Shown here in pieces: positions 15,751-22,949 of a stretch of DNA of 32,000 nt (positions are counted from its first letter, which is position 1; each line of letters opens with the position of its first letter). The stretch covers positions 750,001-782,000 of the forward strand of contig NZ_CP019633.1 in NCBI RefSeq assembly GCF_001997385.1, read 5' to 3'. Under the pieces are notes generated by a model. That model had not been told where the DNA came from, did no database searches, and worked only from the letters and a program-made list of their open reading frames with translations. Origin of the DNA: Sedimentisphaera cyanobacteriorum. GTDB taxonomy: Bacteria > Planctomycetota > Phycisphaerae > Sedimentisphaerales > Sedimentisphaeraceae. The position numbers and the translations under genes were made by a program.

Positions 15751-18090
15751 ATGAAAGAACTTTTTTTATCAGGTCTTTTGTTTCTTTTAACGTTTAATCT
15801 ATTCTGCCCGGAAGCATTTGCTCTTAAAAAAAGTAAGCTTCGTGAATGGGGTCAGGAAAGTATGTCAAAAATACAGAACGATTTCAGAATGCCAGACGGC
15901 CTTTACTGCAAAACGCTTTTAGACAGGACACCCGCGTATGCATGGGGACAGGGAATCGTATTCGGTGCTTTAGCGGCTGTGGCAAAAGTGGACAAGAGCT
16001 ACCTCGCAGAAGCAGAAGCTCTGGCCGATTTAATACAAAGCAGATACTGGTGCAGCTCAGGCGGACTTTCCGCCTACAACGCCTCTGCTGGAGGCTGCGG
16101 GGACAGATACACAGACGATAATGCATGGATTGTTCTGGCAATGCTCGAGCTTTATGATATTACCGGTAAGGATATATATATTGAAAGATCTGCGCAAGCT
16201 ATGGACTTTATTATGGAATTTGAAAACGGCCCTGATAATACCCCTTCTGGCGGCATTCGCTGGCACGAATCCAACACATGCGGAACAAGAACCTGTTCAA
16301 CAGCTCCGGTCTGCCTTGCTAATTTAATCCTTTACAGCAATACTGGCGAAAACAGGTACCTTGAAAACGGGCTTCGAATATACGAGTGGGCGCGTGATTA
16401 CGGTTTACAGTCTGATAGAGGCACGTTTTATGAAGGCGTGCATTGTGATGGGAGTTTGGATTATGTAAAGCTTGGATACGATACTGCGCCGTTTCTGCAG
16501 GCTGCCGTGGAGCTGTATGAGATTACCGGCGAACAGCAGTATCTCCGCCAAGCCCAGAATATGGCTTATGCCTTAGAAACAGAGATGATTAATGCACGAA
16601 CCAACGTTCTGCATCAAACCGGAAAATGGGGCGGCCACGATATGACAAATGCCTTTGTTGATCTCTATGAGGCGGATAAAAATCAGAGATGGATAAATCT
16701 TGCCGCCGGATATATTAGATTTCTTCACGACAGCTGCATGGCCGATGGCCGCTATCCAGCAGACTGGGACAATGCAAGCGGGGAGGTTTCTGATGACCTG
16801 ATAGACCAGGCATCTGCAGCAAGGGCATATTGGACACTCGCAAGGACTCAGGGCGGGGCAGCGCCTGAATATCCAATTCTGCTGTTTAATCACTGCAGCT
16901 ATCAGGGCTGGTCTCTCGGCTTGGATTACGGCAGCTACACGCTTGAAGATTTGAATTTCCGGGGAGTGTTGAACAATTCCGTTTCCTCTTTTATGCTGGA
17001 AGATAACTGCAATGTAAGGCTCTATGATGCAGGCAATTTGAGCGGTGAGAGACTTACAAAAACACTCAGCGATAACTGCTTGAATTATGAGGGATGGGGC
17101 GATAAAACTTCCTCGCTGATAATTTCAAACAGCTGCTCTGCTGATTCTATTAACCCGCTGATAAAAACCGGAAACAGCGAATGGACGAATTCATCTGTCT
17201 GCTATGCGGAGGTTGGCGATTCAGTAAGCTTTCAGGCTCAAACTGATTCATTAAACTGCAGCTGGAAAGGCCCCAACGGATTTACATCTTCTGGAAATGT
17301 TATTAAATTCGAGCCTGCTTTGCTGTTGCATTCGGGTGTTTATACCACAGTCTGCACGAATTCTTGCGGAACTGTAAGCGAAAAGATGTTCAAACTGAAT
17401 GTTTCCAATCCGGAAGGTTTCCCGCAGGAGCGTTCAAATCTGGCATTGAATAAGCCGGTTTCAGCTGACAGCAATATAAGCGGGGAATATCCAGCTCTGG
17501 CCGTGGACGGCTCTCTTCGTAATAACAGTAAATGGTGCGCAAGTTCAGGACGTATAGAGCCTCATTGGATCACTGTAGATCTGGGAGATTATTACGATGT
17601 TGACACATTTGTCGTTGCCCATGCCGCAGCAGGAGGCGAATATGAAGGCTGGAATACAAGCAATTTCTGCATTCAGGCAAGCCAAAACGGACAAGGCGGA
17701 TGGGACGATATCCTCTGCATTGAAGGAAATTCCGGCAGCATAACCAGAGGAGTTTTAGAAGACCCGGAAAGGATTCGCTTCGTAAGGCTGAACATAACTT
17801 CTCCAACTCAGGGAGCAGATTCGGCAGTTCGAATTTATGAGTTTCAGATTTTCGAGGCCTTCGCTGAGCATTGTCTAAAATCAGACATAGCCGGCGATTC
17901 AAAAGACCCGGACTGTGTTGTTGACATACAGGATTACTCCTCGGTTTCGCAAAGTTGGGCAGAATTTCAAAACACCGGAATTGTTGAAAATTCATTGAGT
18001 GATTTTAACGGTGATTCAGCTTTAAGTATTGATGATTTGTTTATTTTCTCCGAGAGATGGCTAAGCTGCATAGGTTCAGGATGTTTGTAA
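15751..18090 (+). CDS. Secreted multidomain glycan-active protein: GH76-like (alpha-1,6-mannanase family), beta/gamma-crystallin-like, Ig-like, F5/8 type C (discoidin/CBM32-like), dockerin-like tail
   Basis: Signal peptide MKELFLSGLLFLLTFNLFCPEAFA. RYTDDNAWIVLAMLELY carries the consecutive Asp-Asp pair typical of GH76 catalytic centres, within an (alpha/alpha)6-like ~340-aa region. The discoidin-like block runs NLALNKPVSADS...AVDG....KWCAS...HWITVDLG..YDVD.FVV......NTSNF.IQAS.....W.........RFVRLNIT...........IYEFQIF. The C-terminus has two D.(N/A)GD-type loops. Confidence 0.75.
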   Translation: MKELFLSGLLFLLTFNLFCPEAFALKKSKLREWGQESMSKIQNDFRMPDGLYCKTLLDRTPAYAWGQGIVFGALAAVAKVDKSYLAEAEALADLIQSRYWCSSGGLSAYNASAGGCGDRYTDDNAWIVLAMLELYDITGKDIYIERSAQAMDFIMEFENGPDNTPSGGIRWHESNTCGTRTCSTAPVCLANLILYSNTGENRYLENGLRIYEWARDYGLQSDRGTFYEGVHCDGSLDYVKLGYDTAPFLQAAVELYEITGEQQYLRQAQNMAYALETEMINARTNVLHQTGKWGGHDMTNAFVDLYEADKNQRWINLAAGYIRFLHDSCMADGRYPADWDNASGEVSDDLIDQASAARAYWTLARTQGGAAPEYPILLFNHCSYQGWSLGLDYGSYTLEDLNFRGVLNNSVSSFMLEDNCNVRLYDAGNLSGERLTKTLSDNCLNYEGWGDKTSSLIISNSCSADSINPLIKTGNSEWTNSSVCYAEVGDSVSFQAQTDSLNCSWKGPNGFTSSGNVIKFEPALLLHSGVYTTVCTNSCGTVSEKMFKLNVSNPEGFPQERSNLALNKPVSADSNISGEYPALAVDGSLRNNSKWCASSGRIEPHWITVDLGDYYDVDTFVVAHAAAGGEYEGWNTSNFCIQASQNGQGGWDDILCIEGNSGSITRGVLEDPERIRFVRLNITSPTQGADSAVRIYEFQIFEAFAEHCLKSDIAGDSKDPDCVVDIQDYSSVSQSWAEFQNTGIVENSLSDFNGDSALSIDDLFIFSERWLSCIGSGCL

Positions 18091-18133
18091 CAAGAGCAAT
18101 TGGAGTGGATGCCGGCTTTTTTGAAAAAAATGC

Positions 18134-18161
18134 TTGTTTTTGATTTGTAAAACAATAAAAT
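18134..18161 (+). promoter_or_regulatory. Putative promoter of rpsD
   Basis: TTGTTT (18134-18139), 16-nt spacer, TAAAAT (18156-18161). Pattern match only. Confidence 0.3.
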
Positions 18162-18189
18162 TTTTGTTTCGTTGTGCTGCAGTAATCGG

Positions 18190-18251
18190 AAGTTCTGCTC
18201 CGAGAGGATGCGGCAGGAATATAAAGGGCTTCCCGCCCGCAAGCAGAACTT
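18190..18251 (+). promoter_or_regulatory. Structured 5' leader of rpsD (long imperfect hairpin just upstream of the RBS)
   Basis: Perfect 10-bp inverted repeat AAGTTCTGCT (18190-18199) / AGCAGAACTT (18242-18251). It is extended internally by TGCGG (18209-18213) / CCGCA (18237-18241) and GGAA/TTCC. The RBS GAAGGAG at 18257-18263 follows 6 nt later. Confidence 0.45.
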
Positions 18252-18272
18252 ATCTTGAAGGAGATTGAATTT

Positions 18273-18887
18273 ATGGGAAATTACACAGAACCAAAAGTAA
18301 AGCTCAGCAGGGCTCTCGGGGTTCCGGTAGCGGAAACGCCCAAGCACGTTAGCCCGAAGAAGACCAACCGCCCGGGAGCGCACGGGTACAGAAGGCAGAA
18401 GCCTACCCTTTACGGAGTTCAGCTCAAAGAAAAGCAGAAAATCGCTTACTACTACAACATCAAGAACAACCAGCTTAGAAGGTATATGAAACTTGCAGAG
18501 TCTTCAAAGGATGCCTCAGACAAGGTTTTTCAGACACTTCTGGAAACAAGGCTGGATAATGTAGTTCGCAGGCTTCGCTGGGCAAGAACCATTTGGCAGG
18601 CAAGGCAGATGGTATCTCACGCTCATTTCAAACTCAACGGCCGAAGGGTGGATATCCCGTCTGTTAGAGTCAAACCCGGCGATGTGATTGAGGTGAAAGA
18701 ACGAAGCAAAAAGTTTGTTCAGCAGGCTGCAGAAGAGGCCGGTTCGCTCGGACTCTCAGTTCCGGAATGGATTGCCTCAGATACTTCAAATATGAAGGCC
18801 TCCATCACAAGGCTGCCGGAATTTGATGAAGTTCGTCTTCCGTTTGATGTAGATTTCTCGAAGATTATCGAGTTTTACACGCTTTAG
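18273..18887 (+). CDS. rpsD: 30S ribosomal protein S4
   Basis: MGNYTEPKVKLSRALG... and the S4 RNA-binding domain RLDNVVRRLRWARTIWQARQMVSHAHFKLNGRRVDIPSVRVKPGDVIEV. I prefer the ATG at 18273 (GAAGGAG 9 nt upstream) over the track's TTG at 18255. Confidence 0.93.
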   Translation: MGNYTEPKVKLSRALGVPVAETPKHVSPKKTNRPGAHGYRRQKPTLYGVQLKEKQKIAYYYNIKNNQLRRYMKLAESSKDASDKVFQTLLETRLDNVVRRLRWARTIWQARQMVSHAHFKLNGRRVDIPSVRVKPGDVIEVKERSKKFVQQAAEEAGSLGLSVPEWIASDTSNMKASITRLPEFDEVRLPFDVDFSKIIEFYTL

Positions 18888-18912
18888 CCTTTCGGCTTAA
18901 AAAGACTTTCAA

Positions 18913-18944
18913 ACAGCGGTGCAGGCTTGCATCGCTGTTTTTTT
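18913..18944 (+). terminator. Rho-independent terminator after rpsD
   Basis: ACAGCGGTGCA (18913-18923) pairs with TGCATCGCTGT (18928-18938), with one G-U pair and a 4-nt loop (GGCT), followed by a T7 run. Confidence 0.8.
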
Positions 18945-18978
18945 GTGGCTGATATTTCATCAAAACCGAAAATAGTTA

Positions 18979-19006
18979 TTGCAAATTAGAAAGTAAAGTT
19001 TAGTAT
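18979..19006 (+). promoter_or_regulatory. Putative promoter of the MCE-lipoprotein-queE-radical SAM unit
   Basis: TTGCAA (18979-18984), 16-nt spacer, TAGTAT (19001-19006), about 50 nt upstream of the ATG at 19059. Pattern match only. Confidence 0.3.
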
Positions 19007-19058
19007 AAATACCTGTGTTTCTGAGAACAAAAAGTTAGGTTTATAAGCCGAGGGAGAT

Positions 19059-20147
19059 ATGTCAAGGGAGCCGAATTATTTTAACATAGGGCTTTTCTTA
19101 TTAACAGCCCTGCTTCTGCTTGTAGTAGGGGTTGTTGTATTTGGCACAGGTGCTGTAGGTGCTAAGAAAATATATATGGAGTCTTATTTTGATGAGTCTA
19201 TTCAGGGTTTAAGCGTAGGGTCGCCTCTTAAGTACAGAGGGGTGGAGATTGGCAGGGTTGAAAGCATAGATCTCGCCTCAAAAGTTTACAACAGCCAGCT
19301 AAAAGACAACCAAATCAATAAGTACGGAAAGTATGTTCGAGTTGTAACTGCGGTGGACCCGCAGAGTGCACCGGAAAGTTTAATAAAAAAAGATGACCTT
19401 TCAGAAACTAATCTTCGTGTCCGCGTTACTGCCCAAGGGATTACGGGAATATCCTTTCTTGATGTTGATTATTTTACTCCAGCAGAAGACTATCCCGTTT
19501 TGGAGTATTCATGGGAGCCGGAATATAAGTGCATACCTTCCACTGAAAGTATGATGAACAGCTTTCTGTCCAAGGCAGAGGACATAATGAAAGAGGTGTC
19601 GAAAGTTAAATTTGGCCAAATCTCCAGTGAGCTGAATGCCCTTCTATCTAAGACCAACAAAGCTGTTGATGATACGCGTATTGAAAAACTATCCGATAAT
19701 TTCATAGCTTTGACAGACGATTTAACAAACACCTCAGAGACTGCGAGGAAACTTATTTCCGATTTGGATATATCTTTGAAAGAGGGACAGTTAAAGAGTC
19801 TTCAGGATTCTGCTATTGATACACTTGAAAAGATTCAGGATTCTGCAGGTGAGTTTGATAAAGGTATTGCTTCTTTCGATAAACTCTGCAATAATGCTAA
19901 TGAACTTTTAGATATAGAAGACGTGGAAGCCGAAAATGTTACTGTTCCTGAGCTTCTCCAACAGCTCAGGGATACCCTTATACAGATAAGAACTATGGCC
20001 GCTTCAAATTCACGCAGCATCGAAAAACTCATTGATAACAGCAAGAGGCTTACGGATAAACTTAACGAAACTGCCGAAAAAATCAATCAGCAGCCTTCAA
20101 CGGTAATTTTTTCTAATCCTCCAGAAAAGTCTGAGGTGCTTAAATGA
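19059..20147 (+). CDS. MCE/MlaD-family protein (single MCE domain, N-terminal membrane anchor, long helical C-terminus)
   Basis: TM anchor NIGLFLLTALLLLVVGVVVFG. MCE-domain core YFDESIQGLSVGSPLKYRGVEIGRVESI. The C-terminal ~170 aa is a low-complexity helical region rich in L/D/E/K/S, as in PqiB/MlaD-like proteins. RBS GAGGGAG precedes the ATG. Confidence 0.75.
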   Translation: MSREPNYFNIGLFLLTALLLLVVGVVVFGTGAVGAKKIYMESYFDESIQGLSVGSPLKYRGVEIGRVESIDLASKVYNSQLKDNQINKYGKYVRVVTAVDPQSAPESLIKKDDLSETNLRVRVTAQGITGISFLDVDYFTPAEDYPVLEYSWEPEYKCIPSTESMMNSFLSKAEDIMKEVSKVKFGQISSELNALLSKTNKAVDDTRIEKLSDNFIALTDDLTNTSETARKLISDLDISLKEGQLKSLQDSAIDTLEKIQDSAGEFDKGIASFDKLCNNANELLDIEDVEAENVTVPELLQQLRDTLIQIRTMAASNSRSIEKLIDNSKRLTDKLNETAEKINQQPSTVIFSNPPEKSEVLK

Positions 20148-20737
20148 GACAACTGATTATTATTCTTACTGCCGCTTTTATGTGCGGCTGTGCAAGCGAA
20201 ACGATGAGCGTAAAAGATTTGTATTTGCTGGAGCCAGACCTGCCTGAAGAGAGTTTGGAGGCTCCTGAATTGCCAATAAATGTCGGGCATTTCTATACAG
20301 CAGATGCGTTTGACTACAAAAATTTTACTTACCGAAAAGCTGAAGGCGTTTATGAGATAGACCATTACAGGAAATTCATTTCCCCTAAGAACTCAATGGT
20401 ACAAAGCCGCCTGAGTCAATGGCTTGATTCAATCGGATTCAATGTTCAGCCGGAAAACATCAAAAGCGAATATATTATCACCGGCATAATCAACGAATTC
20501 TATGCTGATTTTGAAAACAAGCCGAAACCTGAAGCGGTAATAGAGCTGAAGATATTTATATCTACAAGAAACGCCGATCCGATAAGCTCAAAAACATTCA
20601 AAGCTAGAAAATTGATTCGTGAAGCCGATGAGAAAAATACCATTGATTCCTGGGAGCAGTGTTTAGAGGAAATCTTTCCTGAAGCTGCCCAGTTTATCTC
20701 AAACGCAGTTAAGGCAAGGCTCGATGAGAATCAGTGA
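20144..20737 (+). CDS. Lipoprotein, probable ABC-type transport auxiliary component (PqiC/YmbA-like, DUF330-type)
   Basis: Lipobox FMCGC|A. About 197 aa. Start overlaps the MCE gene stop (ATGA at 20144-20147), the usual position and size for PqiC-like partners of MCE proteins. Assignment is mainly by context and size, not by strong motifs. Confidence 0.5.
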   Translation: MRQLIIILTAAFMCGCASETMSVKDLYLLEPDLPEESLEAPELPINVGHFYTADAFDYKNFTYRKAEGVYEIDHYRKFISPKNSMVQSRLSQWLDSIGFNVQPENIKSEYIITGIINEFYADFENKPKPEAVIELKIFISTRNADPISSKTFKARKLIREADEKNTIDSWEQCLEEIFPEAAQFISNAVKARLDENQ

Positions 20738-21389
20738 AATATTCTATTCGATCCAAGGTGAGGGGCGTCTTGCCGGCGTACCGTCCTTATTTATCCGTAC
20801 AGCGGGCTGCCCACTGAACTGCCCATGGTGCGATACTGATTATGCAAAATCATTTGAGGAGGGTGAAGAAATGAGCGTTGCTCAAATCCTTCGCAGAGCT
20901 GAGGCAAGGGAAGGCAGCAATGTCGTAATCACTGGAGGTGAGCCGTTAATACAGGAAGAATTACCAGAACTCTGCTACGCCCTGCGAGGGATCTGCCCGC
21001 ATATTACTTTAGAGACAAGCGGGATACTCCCTGCAGATGACCTTGCGGTGGATCTTATGAGCATAAGCCCGAAGCTGAGCAATTCAGTTGGCGATGCAGA
21101 AAAATCCGCTGAGTATTTTCATCCGGAGATTATCTCGGAGCTTATAGAGGAGTATTCCTCGCAGATAAAATTTGTAATATCTGATTTGCAGGATGTACTT
21201 GAAGCGGGCAGGGCGGTGGAACAGATATCGGCCATCGGAAGGGCTGATCTAATGCTTATGCCTTTGGCTTCTACTCTCGAGGAATACCAAATCAAGGCGT
21301 CTGAAGTTGCTCAGTACTGTCTTGGTTTTGGATACACCTTCTGCCCGCGTTTGCAGCTCACCTTGTTTGGCGGCGGAAGAGGGGCTTAA
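20724..21389 (+). CDS. queE: 7-carboxy-7-deazaguanine synthase (QueE), radical SAM
   Basis: MRISEIFYSIQGEGRLAGVPSLFIRTAGCPLNCPWCDTDYA shows the QueE N-terminal IQGEG box followed by a CX3CX2C cluster motif. VVITGGEPL is also present. 221 aa. Overlaps the upstream lipoprotein gene by 14 nt. Confidence 0.85.
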   Translation: MRISEIFYSIQGEGRLAGVPSLFIRTAGCPLNCPWCDTDYAKSFEEGEEMSVAQILRRAEAREGSNVVITGGEPLIQEELPELCYALRGICPHITLETSGILPADDLAVDLMSISPKLSNSVGDAEKSAEYFHPEIISELIEEYSSQIKFVISDLQDVLEAGRAVEQISAIGRADLMLMPLASTLEEYQIKASEVAQYCLGFGYTFCPRLQLTLFGGGRGA

Positions 21390-21397
21390 AAGCTCTT

Positions 21398-22870
21398 ATG
21401 GCAAGAAAAAGAGTAATAATCGACTGCTACACTGATGAACCTGCCGGTCTTGGAGTGCCTCCGTTTTTAGGAACGCATCCGAGGATAGTTTTCGGAGAAC
21501 TCAAAGGAAAGGCAGACTGCCTAACTATAGACGACCTGCGAGTGTTTTCGTTAGCTATGAAACTTACCGACAGCAAGCTCGATCCTCCTACAGGCAAAAC
21601 ACGAATCGATCTCTTGAACCGAACCAGAAGCCCTGAAGAGGTTAAAAAACTGCTAAGCTCTGCTGACCAGATTATTGCAGTTGCAGGCCTTCAGACTCCC
21701 GGTAAATATCTTGCCGCTCAGCCTGCCGGTCTTAAGGAAATCTCGAGGCTGCTGAAACCTTCCAAAGCCACCAAAATCCTCACAGGCCCAGCGGCCTCCG
21801 TTGGTACTCAACAGATGGGCGGTTTTGCTGCTGAGATGCCTGAGAGCGGAATATTCAATCATATTCGAGAATACAATTTTGATAATTACGAAGATATGCA
21901 GGCCTCTTTTATGAAAGGGGCGGGGCTTCTCAAACAGATACCGTCGGAAAGAATTATCGAGATTGAAACCGGCAGGGGGTGTTCCCGTCGGAGCGGCTGT
22001 TCATTTTGCACAGAGCCTCTCAAGCAAAAACTCTCATGGAGAAGCCCGGAGCTGATTATCGAAGAGGTTAAAGAATTAAACGATAACGGGGCTTCACGTT
22101 TCAGACTCGGCAAGCAGTCGTGCATATACAGCTATATGAATTCAGATCCCGAAAAAATTGAGCAGCTCCTTTCGGGCATAAAAGCACTTAAGCCTTCGGT
22201 TTTCCATATTGACAATGCCAATCCGGCTTTTGTAAATAAAGAGCTTACCGAGCTGTTCGTTAAATATCTCACGCCCGGAAGCACCGCAGCAATGGGAGCG
22301 GAAACATTCGATCCGGAGGTTTGCCGGCTAAATAACCTAAACAGTTCACCAGAGAACACGTTCAGAGCGGCAGAGATTATAAATCAGAGCGGGCGGATTT
22401 ATGGAGATAACGGTATGCCTGCATTGCTTCCCGGTATAAACATTCTGCTCGGCCTTGAAGGTGAAACGGAACGTACTCTTGAGCTGAATCTCCTGACGCT
22501 GAAAAATATGCTCGAGAAGGATCTGTTCGTTCGCAGGATAAATATAAGGCAGGTTGTCCCGTTCCCCGGTACAATGCTTTATGAAAGGGCGGGGGACAAA
22601 TATCTGCGAAAAAACAAACACCTGTACTCCGCGTGGGCTCGCAGGGTTCGAGAAGAGATAGACCTGCCGATGCTCAAGAGGATATTCCCCGAAGGACATA
22701 AATTATACGGTCTGCTTGCTGAAACCCACGAGGGAAACGTAACTTTCCTGCGTCATCTGGGCAGCTATCCGATCATCGTAGGCATAAGGCAGAGATTACA
22801 GCTCGGTCGGTTTTACGATGCTAAAATTACCGGCCATATGCTCAGAAGTCTCACCGGAGAGCTTATTTAG
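21398..22870 (+). CDS. Uncharacterised radical-SAM-like protein with N-terminal Rossmann/B12-like region, non-canonical CX5CX2C motif and TRAM-like C-terminus
   Basis: 490 aa. ETGRGCSRRSGCSFCTEP (Cys codons at 21980, 21998 and 22007) sits where radical-SAM enzymes bind the 4Fe-4S cluster. The downstream layout is MiaB/RimO-like: GAETFDPEV, INILLGLEGET, then a beta-rich tail LYGLLAETHEGNVTFLRHLGSYPIIVGI....LGRFYDAKITGHMLRSLTGE. Starts 8 nt after the queE stop. Confidence 0.6.
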   Translation: MARKRVIIDCYTDEPAGLGVPPFLGTHPRIVFGELKGKADCLTIDDLRVFSLAMKLTDSKLDPPTGKTRIDLLNRTRSPEEVKKLLSSADQIIAVAGLQTPGKYLAAQPAGLKEISRLLKPSKATKILTGPAASVGTQQMGGFAAEMPESGIFNHIREYNFDNYEDMQASFMKGAGLLKQIPSERIIEIETGRGCSRRSGCSFCTEPLKQKLSWRSPELIIEEVKELNDNGASRFRLGKQSCIYSYMNSDPEKIEQLLSGIKALKPSVFHIDNANPAFVNKELTELFVKYLTPGSTAAMGAETFDPEVCRLNNLNSSPENTFRAAEIINQSGRIYGDNGMPALLPGINILLGLEGETERTLELNLLTLKNMLEKDLFVRRINIRQVVPFPGTMLYERAGDKYLRKNKHLYSAWARRVREEIDLPMLKRIFPEGHKLYGLLAETHEGNVTFLRHLGSYPIIVGIRQRLQLGRFYDAKITGHMLRSLTGELI

Positions 22871-22949
22871 ACTGCTGTCTCTGCCTGCATTCGCTATTAG
22901 GTATTAGAACGCTTTTTCTGCGGGTCAGCTTTTGCAGTTTCAAAGCGTC

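Noticed and set aside
18091-18126. GCCGGC followed by T6 after the GH76-family gene, considered as a terminator
   Set aside because: The palindrome is only 6 nt with no loop, so no stable hairpin can be drawn.
20724-22870. queE plus radical-SAM gene as part of a Dpd-type 7-deazaguanine DNA-modification or defence island
   Set aside because: The window has no DpdA/TGT-like transglycosylase, no helicase or nuclease genes, and no queC/queD/folE. The context is housekeeping and envelope genes.
22909-22948. Hairpin ACGCTTT...AAAGCGT between the convergent radical-SAM and SPFH genes, considered as a bidirectional terminator
   Set aside because: A 7-bp outer stem plus a 4-bp inner stem with asymmetric internal loops. 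Neither strand has a U-tract. This is too weak to call an intrinsic terminator.
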